Shown here piece after piece: positions 49,552 through 59,533 of a stretch of DNA of 64,000 bases (the stretch's first letter is position 1; every line of letters begins with the position of its first letter). Position numbers and translations under genes: made by a program. The stretch lies in assembly GCA_016223245.1 (NCBI GenBank), contig JACRPL010000016.1, forward strand, positions 1,128 to 65,127, written 5' to 3'. Origin of the DNA: Candidatus Saganbacteria bacterium (lineage in GTDB: Bacteria > Margulisbacteria > WOR-1 > XYC2-FULL-46-14 > XYC2-FULL-37-10). A model generated the notes under the pieces. It did not search any database. It was not told the origin of the DNA and worked only from the letters and a program-made list of their open reading frames with translations.

Positions 49552-50883
49552 ATGAAAAACACAAATCAATTCCGTCTGCTCATAATTTTTGCCATTCTAG
49601 GCGCTTCCATTTTTGTACTTTCACAAATGCCGATCACGCTTGGCCTCGATCTCCAGGGCGGGACCCGTTTGGTTTTTGTGGGAGAGGAAACCGCAAAAGT
49701 AAAAGTTTCCGATGATTCAATGGCAGGCGTTGTCGCGGTAATAAGGAACAGGATCGACGCGCTTGGGGTAGCAGAGCCTGTCATCCAAAGAAAAGGCCGC
49801 GACCAAGTTATTGTCGAACTTCCCGGGATCAAAGATCCCGATCGTGCGATCAAACTTATCGGAGATACCGCGCTTTTGGAATTTGTCGAAGCCGAATGGG
49901 CGCCGGGATCCGAATCCACTCTTACTCCGGAAAAAGTCAAAGAATTTTATGGCGCCGATGCAAGGCTCGACAAAGTATCCGATATCAAAGATGGCCAAGT
50001 TGTTTCATCCAGATTAATTATCCTCAAGAAAACAGCATTATCCGGCGGCGACCTTAAAGCCGCTTATCCGCAAGTCGACGAATACGGCAACCCCTCGGTC
50101 GGGTTTGAATTGAATTCCGAAGGCGCGAAAGCTTTCGCCGACCTTACGACGAGGCACATAGAAAAGCCTATCGCAATAATCTTGGATAAAAAAATTATTT
50201 CCGCCCCGAACGTTAAAACCCCTATCACAGAAGGTAAAGGCATTATAACCGGCAACTTTTCTGCGACCGAGGTGCGCGATATGATAATTAAGCTTAAGGC
50301 CGGCTCTCTTCCAATTCCTGTAAAGCTTATTGAAACGAGGATAGTTGGCCCGACCTTAGGTAAAGATTCGGTAGATAAAAGCAAAATCGCGGGCGCAATA
50401 GGTTTTATCTTTATATTTTTCTTTATGATCCTTTATTATCGCCTGCCAGGGCTTATCGCAAATATCGCGCTATTCCTTTACATATTCTTGACCCTAGCCG
50501 TTCTTTCTATCCTGCATTCAACTTTAACTCTTCCAGGAATTGCAGGGTTCTTGCTTTCGGTGGGTATGGCTGTTGATGCCAATGTTATCATTTTTGAGCG
50601 CCTAAAGGAAGAATTGAGAATCGGGAAAACCATTAAAGCGGCTATCGACACCGCCTTCGAAAGGGCATGGGCCGCGATATTAGATGCGAATGTGACAACC
50701 ATTATTGCCGCAGTGACCCTGTTTTTTGTCGGAACAGGGACTATCAAAGGTTTTGCGGTAACGCTTACGGCAGGCATATTGGTTTCCATGTTCACAGCGA
50801 TCACTCTTACAAAAATGATGTTAAATATGATGGCGGACAGCAAGATCATCCCGAATTCGGATTCGAAGCTGGTGTACAAATGA
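49552..50883 (+). CDS. secD: Protein translocase subunit SecD
   Basis: It has the SecD periplasmic and TM regions (...LGLDLQGG...; AGAIGFIFIFFFMILYYRLPGLIA). Confidence 0.85.
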   Translation: MKNTNQFRLLIIFAILGASIFVLSQMPITLGLDLQGGTRLVFVGEETAKVKVSDDSMAGVVAVIRNRIDALGVAEPVIQRKGRDQVIVELPGIKDPDRAIKLIGDTALLEFVEAEWAPGSESTLTPEKVKEFYGADARLDKVSDIKDGQVVSSRLIILKKTALSGGDLKAAYPQVDEYGNPSVGFELNSEGAKAFADLTTRHIEKPIAIILDKKIISAPNVKTPITEGKGIITGNFSATEVRDMIIKLKAGSLPIPVKLIETRIVGPTLGKDSVDKSKIAGAIGFIFIFFFMILYYRLPGLIANIALFLYIFLTLAVLSILHSTLTLPGIAGFLLSVGMAVDANVIIFERLKEELRIGKTIKAAIDTAFERAWAAILDANVTTIIAAVTLFFVGTGTIKGFAVTLTAGILVSMFTAITLTKMMLNMMADSKIIPNSDSKLVYK

Positions 50884-51755
50884 GCTTTCACATAATTAAA
50901 AAAACAAGGCTATGGTTCATGATATCCGGGCTGCTTATAATATTATCTCTTGGGGGGTTGGTATTTAATTCTGTCAGCCGCGGCCGCGCAATGAACTTCG
51001 GCATCGATTTTACAGGCGGGACTTTGATCAATATCCGCTTTGCAAGCCCGACATCCGTCGCTCAAGTAAGGGCCGTTTTAAATGATTTCAAGCTTGCGGA
51101 AACTGTTATCCAGCGATCAGGTGAAAATGATATTTTTATAAGGACCGAGCCTCTTGAGACAGAAGTACGGCAAAAGATAGTCGCCGCGCTTTCCGAAAAA
51201 TACGGTGGCGCGGAACTTTTGGAAGCCGATACGATAGGCCCTATCATCGGTTCGGAATTAAGGACGCAGGCTTTTTGGGCCTTAGTCCTCGCGTCTTTAG
51301 GCATCGCGATATACGTAGCTTTCCGTTTTGAAATGGTATTCGCGGTAGCGGCGCTGTTCGCCTTATTCCATGACGCGATAATTACTACTGGATTTATGGC
51401 CATTCTTTGGAGGAATATTGATATAACTTTCATAGCAGCCTTGCTTACCATCTTGGGGTATTCAATAAACGATACGATCGTAATATTCGACAGGGTCCGC
51501 GAGAACTTGAAAAAACCTGGAGCCTCAAAAAAGTCTTTTGGCGAACTTGTGAACGCAAGCCTTTGGGAAACGATGGCCCGTTCAATAAACACCGTCCTAA
51601 CTGTTGTCGTCATGGTGCTTGCGTTGTTGTTTTTTGGCGGAGCCCCGCTGCGCGAATTCTGTTTGACGCTGCTTGTTGGTTTTACGCTGGGCGCATATTC
51701 ATCGGTCTTTGTTGCATCTCCCCTTATCGTCCTATGGCATCACGGCAAAAAATAG
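50880..51755 (+). CDS. secF: Protein translocase subunit SecF
   Basis: It begins MSFHIIKKTRLWFMISGL and has NFGIDFTGGT. The ATG overlaps the secD stop, and the track ORF 50667.. is an upstream in-frame extension. Confidence 0.8.
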   Translation: MSFHIIKKTRLWFMISGLLIILSLGGLVFNSVSRGRAMNFGIDFTGGTLINIRFASPTSVAQVRAVLNDFKLAETVIQRSGENDIFIRTEPLETEVRQKIVAALSEKYGGAELLEADTIGPIIGSELRTQAFWALVLASLGIAIYVAFRFEMVFAVAALFALFHDAIITTGFMAILWRNIDITFIAALLTILGYSINDTIVIFDRVRENLKKPGASKKSFGELVNASLWETMARSINTVLTVVVMVLALLFFGGAPLREFCLTLLVGFTLGAYSSVFVASPLIVLWHHGKK

Positions 51756-51770
51756 TGATATAATACTCGC

Positions 51771-53930
51771 GTGGCCCGCAAAAAAAACAATGAACCATCT
51801 CCGTTCGCGCAAGACCTTACAGGGATACTGCTTGTCGCCTTGGCTGTTTTTATCCTGGTCTCGAATTTTTCGTCCGGGACCGGGCTTGTAGGGTTGTATG
51901 TGATAAAGCTGGCCTTCAGGTCGATCCTAGGGATAGGCATTTACTTGCTTCCTTTTATCCTTGCCGCATACGGAGTGATCCTTCTCTTCAGGCATGAAGT
52001 AAAAGAGCTTGCGACAAGGCTGACCGGGCTTTTGATCTTGTTTTTCACTTTTATCACTGCAGTCCAATTTTATGCTCCAAATTATTTTGAGACGAATGCC
52101 CAATATAATATTGTCCAAGGAGCCGGCGGATTTTTGGGGTATATTTTCAAATTCGCCCTGGAGCGGAGCATTGGCGCCATGGGCGCATATATTGTAATTT
52201 CCGCATTTGCGCTGATCTCGCTCCTATTGGTATTCAACATAACTTTTTTAGATATTTTCTCAAGATTAAAACTTTGGCTTTCGCTCGCGCCCAATAAAAA
52301 GGCGCAAATAAGCAAAAAACCAGCAATTCCTGTAAAAACAATGGACGAAAGGTCTATTCCGGCGCAAATACCTCTTATAATAGAATCTTTTCCTATGAAC
52401 GAGCCTGAGCCGCCAAAGGACGAAACAGAAATTGTGATCGAAGAAAAAAAACCTGGCCTGCCGGCAGGCAGGGAAAAACAGTCCTACAATAAATACAAAC
52501 TTCCGCCATTGAGCCTTCTCGACGACCCGACAGCCAAAGAAAAGCAAAAACAGGACAAGCTTAAGGAAACCACAGAATACAGGAGAAAATTGCTTGAAGA
52601 TACTTTGAAGAATTTCGGCGTCGGCGCCCGGGTTGTTTCGACAAACCAGGGGCCGGCGGTGACAAGATACGAGCTCCAGCCCGATCCCGGCGTCAAGATA
52701 AGCAGGATCGCATCTCTTTCGGATGATATTGCATTGAACCTAGCGGCACAGGGCGTTCGAATAGAGGCTCCGGTGCCTGGAAAATCGGTTATCGGTATCG
52801 AGGTCCCCAATGTTTCTGTAACTCCTGTAAGGCTAAAAGAGATCGTAAAAACAAATGAATTCATTAACAACCAGTCAAAATTATTCATCGCTTTGGGAAA
52901 AGACCTGTCGGGGACCCCGATTTACGGCGATCTTGCGAAAATGCCCCATTTGCTTATAGCGGGTACGACAGGGTCAGGTAAATCCGTATGCATAAATTCA
53001 TTGATCATTAGCCTTCTTTTGCGGGCGCGCCCCGATGAGCTGAAATTCATCATGATCGATCCCAAAATGGTCGAGCTTTCCGTTTATGATGATATTCCGC
53101 ACTTATTGGCGCCTGTTGTTACTGATGCCATGCGCGCGGCTCTTACCTTGAAAGAATGGGTAATGAAAGAAATGGAGCGCAGGTACAAACTTTTTTATGA
53201 TGTCGCCGCCAGGAATATTTTTGCCTATAACAGCAAGAAGCCTGATGAAAAGATCCCGCATATTGTAGTAGTAATAGACGAATTGGCTGACCTCATGATG
53301 CTTGCGGCATCGGAGGTTGAAACGACGATATGCAGGCTTGCCCAAATGGCGCGCGCTACAGGAATCCATCTGGTGATAGCCACGCAGAGGCCGTCGGTTG
53401 ACGTCATTACGGGCCTTATCAAAGCGAATATCCCGTCCCGCATAGCTTTTGCTGTTGCAACACAGATCGATTCGCGCGTCATTCTCGACGCGTCAGGGGC
53501 CGAAAAACTGCTTGGCCGCGGCGATATGCTTTATAATCCTGTAGGAGCCATGAAGCCGATCCGCCTGCAGGGATCATATGTTACGGACAAAGAAACTGAA
53601 AAAATAATTGATTTCATAAAAGAGCAGGCCGCACCCGAATATTTGGAAGAGCTTGTGTCATTAAAAGTTGCTGAAGGCGATACTGTATTCAAGGACAAGG
53701 AAGAGAACGGCCGCGATGCGCTGTTCATTGAAGCGGTGAAGCTTATTATTGAAGCCCAAGTAGCGTCGACATCATACTTGCAGCGCAAGATGAGGATAGG
53801 ATACAATCGCGCGGCAAGGCTTATGGACGATATCGAAGCCGCAGGAGTAGTTTCAAAACCCGAAGGCGAGCAAAAGACTAGGCGCATCGTTGCTACTATG
53901 GACACACTTGTTTCTTTAGGCGTTAAGTGA
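51771..53930 (+). CDS. ftsK: DNA translocase FtsK
   Basis: It has N-terminal TM segments, a linker, the motor domain with Walker A AGTTGSGKS and a C-terminal gamma domain. Confidence 0.85.
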   Translation: MARKKNNEPSPFAQDLTGILLVALAVFILVSNFSSGTGLVGLYVIKLAFRSILGIGIYLLPFILAAYGVILLFRHEVKELATRLTGLLILFFTFITAVQFYAPNYFETNAQYNIVQGAGGFLGYIFKFALERSIGAMGAYIVISAFALISLLLVFNITFLDIFSRLKLWLSLAPNKKAQISKKPAIPVKTMDERSIPAQIPLIIESFPMNEPEPPKDETEIVIEEKKPGLPAGREKQSYNKYKLPPLSLLDDPTAKEKQKQDKLKETTEYRRKLLEDTLKNFGVGARVVSTNQGPAVTRYELQPDPGVKISRIASLSDDIALNLAAQGVRIEAPVPGKSVIGIEVPNVSVTPVRLKEIVKTNEFINNQSKLFIALGKDLSGTPIYGDLAKMPHLLIAGTTGSGKSVCINSLIISLLLRARPDELKFIMIDPKMVELSVYDDIPHLLAPVVTDAMRAALTLKEWVMKEMERRYKLFYDVAARNIFAYNSKKPDEKIPHIVVVIDELADLMMLAASEVETTICRLAQMARATGIHLVIATQRPSVDVITGLIKANIPSRIAFAVATQIDSRVILDASGAEKLLGRGDMLYNPVGAMKPIRLQGSYVTDKETEKIIDFIKEQAAPEYLEELVSLKVAEGDTVFKDKEENGRDALFIEAVKLIIEAQVASTSYLQRKMRIGYNRAARLMDDIEAAGVVSKPEGEQKTRRIVATMDTLVSLGVK

Positions 53931-54739
53931 GCAACGCATCCCGCATCACGCTTCTCGCGTTACTTTTTATTCTTATCGTTTCCCCCGCGTTCGCTTTTCC
54001 CCAAAGGATCATCTCAACTATGCCCTCTATTACTGAAACTTTGTTCGCGTTGGGTTTGGGGGACAGGGTAGTTGGTGTTACAACCAATTGCGATTATCCG
54101 CCAGAGGCCAAGAAAAAAGAAAAAGTGGGACAGATGGTCATGAATTTAGAGAAGATCGTATCACTTAAGCCCGATCTCATAATAATGCTCCAGGATGCCC
54201 AACAGTATGATATATGGCGGCTAAAGGGCAGGGGATTGCCGGTCGTCACAATAAATCCCCATTCTGTTTCAGACGTTATGGATTCCATAAAATATATCGG
54301 ATCGATCACAGGCGTTACATATGAAGCGCAGTCGCTGGTCAATAGATTGAATTATCGGCTGGATCGGATCGGATATTTAACAAAAGGAAGAGTTCCTAAG
54401 TCCGCATTTGTCATGGTGGGATATAGGCCGCTTGTTACGACCGGTAAAAGCACTTTTGTGAACGATATTATCACTCGAGCCGGTTTCCAAAACAGCATGC
54501 AGGGCGGCGGAGAGTATCCTCAAGTCAATTTTGAGGAGCTTTACAGGATGAACCCTGATATCGTCATTATTCCGGTAGGGTTAGTCTCATCGTACGAGGT
54601 AATAAATGACGCAAAATTATCGAGGCTAACGGCCGTCACATCTGGTAAAATACTATGGATCGATCCGGATATCTTCTTTAGGCCGGGACCAAGGATAGTT
54701 GATGCCGTTGAAGAGATATCGGGATTTTTATTCCAATGA
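53927..54739 (+). CDS. Periplasmic substrate-binding protein of a cobalamin/Fe-siderophore (BtuF/FecB-type) ABC transporter
   Basis: It has a signal peptide and RIISTMPSITETLFALGLGDRVVGVT. Confidence 0.65.
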   Translation: MSNASRITLLALLFILIVSPAFAFPQRIISTMPSITETLFALGLGDRVVGVTTNCDYPPEAKKKEKVGQMVMNLEKIVSLKPDLIIMLQDAQQYDIWRLKGRGLPVVTINPHSVSDVMDSIKYIGSITGVTYEAQSLVNRLNYRLDRIGYLTKGRVPKSAFVMVGYRPLVTTGKSTFVNDIITRAGFQNSMQGGGEYPQVNFEELYRMNPDIVIIPVGLVSSYEVINDAKLSRLTAVTSGKILWIDPDIFFRPGPRIVDAVEEISGFLFQ

Positions 54740-55698
54740 GAAAAAGAACAGCAATATATTTTGTTCTAGCCGGACTTGTGGTCGCTTCGATCATTTCCCT
54801 TTTTCTTGGCCCTGTCTTTGTCCCCCCCCAATATATTTTAAAAAGCGAGATCTTGTGGCAAATAAGAATCCCACGCGTTCTTCTTTCGGCGCTAGTCGGC
54901 ATGATGCTTGGCCTCTCCGGTGTCATGCTTCAAGGGATATTGCGAAATCCGTTAGCCGATCCATATATTCTTGGGGTATCGTCTGGCGCAGGAGTTGGAG
55001 CAGCAACTGCATTAGCGCTAAAACTTAATTTTGTATTTCTCGGGATGAGCTCGGTCCCGATCCTTGCTTTTATTTTTGCGATCATCGCGGTTCTCGTGGT
55101 TTATAGGTTATCTTACGTTTCCGATCGGAGCTCTCCTGAAGCCTTGATACTTGGCGGCGTAGCTGTCTCCGCTTTTGCATCGGCAATACTTGCTTTAATA
55201 ATTATCGTTTCAGGCCAGCTTCAATCGATCTATTTCTGGCTTTTAGGATCGTTATCAATGGCCTCATATGTTGATGTTGCGACTTTGATACCGTATTTGT
55301 CAATTGGTTTGGTAGTAGCGTATTTTCACTCAAAAGAATTAAATGTTCTTCTGCTTGGCGAAGATATGGCTCTCACTATGGGCGTCGAAGTTTCAAAGAT
55401 AAGATTTCTAATGATAGTTACCGCAACACTTATGACTGCGGCGGCAGTTTCGGTTTCAGGTCTTATCGGATTTGTCGGACTTATCGTCCCACACTTTGTA
55501 AGGCTAACAATTGGCCCCAACCATAGGTCTTTGATCCCGATGTCGGCCCTTGGCGGCGCATTGCTCATGGTGGTTGCCGATTCAATAGGCAGAACGGTTT
55601 TCACTCCGGTTGAAATGCCGATAGGGATCGTAATGGCGCTTGTCGGAGCGCCATTTTTTCTATATATCCTGAAAAAGCGGAGACTTGGCAAGAAATGA
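54736..55698 (+). CDS. FecCD/BtuC-family ABC transporter permease
   Basis: It is a multi-TM protein with LGPVFVPPQYIL...RIPRVLLSALVGMMLGLSG. Confidence 0.7.
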   Translation: MRKRTAIYFVLAGLVVASIISLFLGPVFVPPQYILKSEILWQIRIPRVLLSALVGMMLGLSGVMLQGILRNPLADPYILGVSSGAGVGAATALALKLNFVFLGMSSVPILAFIFAIIAVLVVYRLSYVSDRSSPEALILGGVAVSAFASAILALIIIVSGQLQSIYFWLLGSLSMASYVDVATLIPYLSIGLVVAYFHSKELNVLLLGEDMALTMGVEVSKIRFLMIVTATLMTAAAVSVSGLIGFVGLIVPHFVRLTIGPNHRSLIPMSALGGALLMVVADSIGRTVFTPVEMPIGIVMALVGAPFFLYILKKRRLGKK

Positions 55699-56474
55699 GC
55701 GCATTAAACGCACTTGAAGTGATAAATTTGCACTGCGGTTATGAAGATAAAGTTGTTATCCAAGGCGTTTCATTCACCGTAAAGACAGGAGAATTTGTCG
55801 GCATCGTCGGAGCCAATGGTTCCGGTAAAACAACTCTTTTAAAAGCAATTACAGGCATTCTGCCGATCACCGCAGGCGAGGTCAAAGTTACTGCAAAAGA
55901 AATGCTTTTATTTTCAAGAAAAGAAATGGCAACGCTCGTAGCTTTTGTCCCCCAGCTTATGGAGCCGATCCAAGGTTTTTCGGTCCTTGAAATGGTGCTG
56001 CTTGGACGGACCCCATATTTGGGAAGGTTCGAGTTTGAATCGGAGGAAGATTATAACGTCGCAAAGTGGGCCATAGACGAGCTTGAAATAGGCGATCTAT
56101 CACAAAAAGATGTGACGCAATTATCAGGTGGTGAATTCCAGAGAGTTGCGATAGCAAGAGCTTTGGCGCAAGAGCCAAAAATTATGCTATTAGACGAGCC
56201 GATCTCGCATTTGGACCTGCGGTATCAAATAAAAATACTTAAGCTCCTGCGCAAGATAAGGCAGCAGAGGACCGTTATTGCCACTTTTCACGATCTTAAT
56301 ATGGCGTCGCGCTTTTGCAACAGGCTTATTTTATTAAAGAAGGGCGAACTAATTGCCGCGGGCTTACCTGACGAGGTTGTAACTGCTGAGAATATTTGGA
56401 AGGCGTATAGAGTGAGGGCTCAAGTTAAGAAAAATCCTCGTACAAAGCACGCGAGCTTAGTCTTTTTGCCTTAA
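55695..56474 (+). CDS. ABC transporter ATP-binding protein (FecE/BtuD-type)
   Basis: It has Walker A GANGSGKTTL, the signature LSGGEFQR and Walker B LLDEP. Confidence 0.8.
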   Translation: MSALNALEVINLHCGYEDKVVIQGVSFTVKTGEFVGIVGANGSGKTTLLKAITGILPITAGEVKVTAKEMLLFSRKEMATLVAFVPQLMEPIQGFSVLEMVLLGRTPYLGRFEFESEEDYNVAKWAIDELEIGDLSQKDVTQLSGGEFQRVAIARALAQEPKIMLLDEPISHLDLRYQIKILKLLRKIRQQRTVIATFHDLNMASRFCNRLILLKKGELIAAGLPDEVVTAENIWKAYRVRAQVKKNPRTKHASLVFLP

Positions 56475-56975
56475 AACGAATCTGTAAGGCTTCTTTGCCC
56501 AACTACCTGCATAGCCAACACCAATTCTTGGGGTTCGTTTTATTTGTTTTTTTGATATTCTAACGCCACGATCCTCAAACCAAAGCCCCGACCTGGGTTC
56601 AGCCTTTTTTCCATTCAGTTTCTTGTCGATTTTTAATGCTTTGGTCAAACGAGCAGGGCCGGATATCCCTTCAACGCCTCTTATGAGGATTGCCGCGGGA
56701 TAATCTTTCTTCCCGGTCACAATATTAAGCATCCAGTGGATGCCGTAAGTGAAGTAAACATAGAAATATCCAGCTTCTCCGAACATGATCTCGTTTCTTT
56801 TCGTTTTTCCTCGGCTTGCGTGGGAAGCTTTATCAAGAAAGCCATCATATGCTTCGACTTCTGTTATCATAAAAGCTTTTGTCTTTCCTCTAAAACGGCG
56901 AACAAGATATTCTCCTATGAGAGATTGCGCGACTTTGAGAGTGGGCTTATTGAAAAAATGGGATTTTATAACCAT
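56457..56975 (-). CDS. mpg: DNA-3-methyladenine glycosylase (AAG/Mpg family)
   Basis: It has ITEVEAYDG...SHASRGKTKRNEIMFGEAGYFYVYFTYGIHWMLN. Confidence 0.75.
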   Translation of the reverse strand: MVIKSHFFNKPTLKVAQSLIGEYLVRRFRGKTKAFMITEVEAYDGFLDKASHASRGKTKRNEIMFGEAGYFYVYFTYGIHWMLNIVTGKKDYPAAILIRGVEGISGPARLTKALKIDKKLNGKKAEPRSGLWFEDRGVRISKKQIKRTPRIGVGYAGSWAKKPYRFVLRQKD

Positions 56976-57424
56976 TATTTATACGGAAGGATTATGGAGT
57001 TGATCTCTTTATTTAGCGATTCAAATTCCGGGTCCCGGTGGACCAAGATGGCATTATATTTTTTTGCCGTAGCGGCTATCCAGGAATCAGCCAGTGAAAT
57101 CTCATGCGCGGCTTTCATTTCCGCGGCGATAAGCCTTAGGTCTTCATTGCTTTCGATTATTTCTAACGGCAGGAGCGTCATTTCCAGATATGCTTTATGT
57201 CCTGCTTCTTCTCCGTAGCGAATAAAATTAATATATAAAAATTCCATCGCCGTCATAAAAGAAATGATCACTTTGCAGTGTTTAATTCGTGCCGCCTCTA
57301 AGATAGCTTCAACCTTGGCGGCCCCGTCCTCATCGTCTTTAAGGCAAAAAACAGCCGAAGTATCTAGGACGTAAAGCTTATCTTTTTCCACTTTCTTTTT
57401 CCCGTTCTTTTTTCCTTTCAGCAA
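56975..57424 (-). CDS. PIN-domain protein (VapC-like toxin)
   Basis: It has YVLDTSAV near the N-terminus and acidic residues later in the sequence. Confidence 0.5.
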   Translation of the reverse strand: MLKGKKNGKKKVEKDKLYVLDTSAVFCLKDDEDGAAKVEAILEAARIKHCKVIISFMTAMEFLYINFIRYGEEAGHKAYLEMTLLPLEIIESNEDLRLIAAEMKAAHEISLADSWIAATAKKYNAILVHRDPEFESLNKEINSIILPYK

Positions 57425-57617
57425 GCAGGGTCTTTAGCAGTCCTTTGGAACTTCCACGGAAAGCCTTTATCGGGTTATGCGGCAAAGGGAGGATTGTGAC
57501 CATATTGCCCAGATCGAGCCATGCGATCTTTTGGCCGGCCTTGATGTGATACTTTTTGCAGATCTCGGATGGCACCGCGGTTTGCCCTCTTTTTGATACC
57601 GTTGTTTCTATCGTCAT
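57378..57617 (-). CDS. AbrB/MazE/SpoVT-family antitoxin (VapB-like)
   Basis: It has TIETTVSKRGQTAVPSEICKKYHIKAGQKIAWL. Confidence 0.5.
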   Translation of the reverse strand: MTIETTVSKRGQTAVPSEICKKYHIKAGQKIAWLDLGNMVTILPLPHNPIKAFRGSSKGLLKTLLAERKKEREKESGKR

Positions 57618-57696
57618 ATCGGCACCTCTTAAGGCATTATACAAGGCGAAAGCATGCACTGTCAAGTCGTATTATAATATTGACTTGTAAGGATGG

Positions 57697-57769
57697 TGGG
57701 CGCCGTTGGGATTGAACCAACGACCTCCTGCGTGTGAAGCAGGCGTTCTACCACTGAACTAGGCGCCCG
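57697..57769 (-). tRNA. tRNA-Val (anticodon CAC)
   Basis: The acceptor stem is gggcgcc/ggcgccc, the anticodon loop is ttCACac and the T-loop is ttcaatc. Confidence 0.7.
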
Positions 57770-57818
57770 CATTTGAAAAAAAGAATGGACAGTACCCCGA
57801 TGGAAAATAAATTTTCAA

Positions 57819-57890
57819 TGGGCGCCGTAGGGATTGAACCTACGACCTTCTCGGTGTAAGCGAGACGTTCTACCACTGAACTAGGCGCCC
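57819..57890 (-). tRNA. tRNA-Val (anticodon UAC)
   Basis: It has the same acceptor stem and D arm as the neighbouring tRNA, with anticodon loop ctTACac. Confidence 0.7.
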
Positions 57891-57896
57891 ATAAAG

Positions 57897-57966
57897 CACT
57901 TCTTTCCCATCGGGGTGACCTGTCCGATGTAACATCGGACCATTCTACCGCTGAACTAACTGCCCT
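57897..57966 (-). other. tRNA-like fragment / pseudo-tRNA (acceptor 5' strand, D arm and an odd anticodon arm; no T arm or 3' acceptor)
   Basis: The minus strand reads gggcagttagttcagcggtagaatggtccgatgttacatcggacagg... and then loses the cloverleaf. Confidence 0.3.
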
Positions 57967-58160
57967 TGTTTATGTAATTATATCTTATAAAGCTCCCTCC
58001 GTCGATAGGTTGGGGTAGCGGGTAGCGTCGGGAGAAACGGCAGAGTGATGCGTTTTGCGTCATATTATTGCGTACTTTCGGTATTTATTCAGGCTCTCCC
58101 AGCACGCAACCTCTCAACTCCCAACGTTTCCCCCGACGCAGCCTCTTCCGCCCAACCTGT

Positions 58161-59006
58161 TTAGTGAATTTTCTGAAGGAGATGGATCCGGTAGGTGAGG
58201 TGCTTCTTAAAGGTATCCCGATCTAGGGGCACCACATTGTTTATTATCGTCTGTTTTAAACTTTTCCCGTTGATCCTAATTTTCAATAATTGCATCAAGA
58301 TCCAATGGATAGGCCGGAGATGAACTTCTAGAGTTGTTAGGATACAATCAAGTACGGGTTTTATATAATTCCTGTAAACAATATTGCCGTAGTCAAGCGT
58401 TGGGAGAATTTTATCTGTTATCTCGAGCTCTTTTACTACTTTAAACCCTTGTCTTTCGGCCTCATTCAGGAAATCTGAAAGAGGGTGGCCAGGCAAATTC
58501 TTCTCATTTCGTGACGCTTCATATTTATAATAATCCGAAGCCAATAAATAACCGTTTTCATTTAATAATTGATCCGCTTTCGTGAGAATATCTTTTTCGG
58601 CGATATATTGGACAGATTCGGAACAAAGCATAAGATCATATTTTTTATCGGTGGTGAAATTCTCGAGCGTTGTAAGATAAAACTGGATCTTCCCGTTTGA
58701 ATTCTTTGTAAAAAGCTCCTGCTGGTAAGGGTCTGGGCTCATCGACTCAACTTTAAAGCCTGCTTTTGTAAGAGCGATCGCGTTCCCGCCAACCCCGCAG
58801 CCAACATCAAGGATCGTTTTAACGCCGGACGGCATTAAACTGATGAGTGTTTGCGCGTAATTTTCTTGCGCTTTCTGGAAATTTAGAAGATTTAATTCGG
58901 CGCCTTCATCCCACATCCCGAAATGAAGATAGTTTGTTTTTGACAGGTCCAAATAGAGTTTCAAGACGGGTTGGACCTGGACTTTTGTTTGTACGAAATC
59001 AGGCAT
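58161..59006 (-). CDS. Class I SAM-dependent methyltransferase
   Basis: It has motif I ILDVGCGVGGNAIALTKAGFKV. Confidence 0.7.
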   Translation of the reverse strand: MPDFVQTKVQVQPVLKLYLDLSKTNYLHFGMWDEGAELNLLNFQKAQENYAQTLISLMPSGVKTILDVGCGVGGNAIALTKAGFKVESMSPDPYQQELFTKNSNGKIQFYLTTLENFTTDKKYDLMLCSESVQYIAEKDILTKADQLLNENGYLLASDYYKYEASRNEKNLPGHPLSDFLNEAERQGFKVVKELEITDKILPTLDYGNIVYRNYIKPVLDCILTTLEVHLRPIHWILMQLLKIRINGKSLKQTIINNVVPLDRDTFKKHLTYRIHLLQKIH

Positions 59007-59469
59007 GCTGTTATTTTATCATAATTTTCATTTGTGTTATAATTTATATATGCCAAGCAATACTTACGCCTTCATTATAAAAGGCGGATATTTTGAGGAT
59101 ATGCTTTATGCTTTTAATTTCGCGAGCATTCTGGCAGTATCGCATAAAAAAGTCAGGATCCTTTTTGTGGGGTGGGCGGCAAGCAAGCTCAAGAAAGGAA
59201 ATCTTGATAAAATTGACATCCCAAGCTCGCTTCATGACCAAAAAAGCTTTTTTGTCGATCAATTGAAGAAACATAAGACTCACAACCTCGAGGATTTATT
59301 GAAGCTTGTAAAATCCGCAGGCGATGTGAAGATATATATCTGTTCTTTAGCCGCAAGCGTTTGGGGAGTTACCCGCGAGAACATGATACCCGAAGTCGAC
59401 GATCTAATGGGGTCGCCGAATTTTCTCTTAAGCGAAGCAAAAGACGCCGCGCATATTTTGACTTTTTGA
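59005..59469 (+). CDS. DsrE/DsrF-like family protein (tentative)
   Basis: It is about 150 aa with a ...KIYICSLAASVWGV Cys-containing motif. Confidence 0.3.
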   Translation: MLLFYHNFHLCYNLYMPSNTYAFIIKGGYFEDMLYAFNFASILAVSHKKVRILFVGWAASKLKKGNLDKIDIPSSLHDQKSFFVDQLKKHKTHNLEDLLKLVKSAGDVKIYICSLAASVWGVTRENMIPEVDDLMGSPNFLLSEAKDAAHILTF

Positions 59470-59533
59470 AAGGATAGGATTTTCACTGCGGATCTCGCTA
59501 TCTTCTGACATCTTTTAATGCCATAATGTTTTC

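Noticed and set aside
50667-50879. Upstream extension of the secF ORF
   Set aside because: It overlaps the 3' end of secD in another frame. The canonical SecF N-terminus starts at ATG 50880, overlapping the secD stop.
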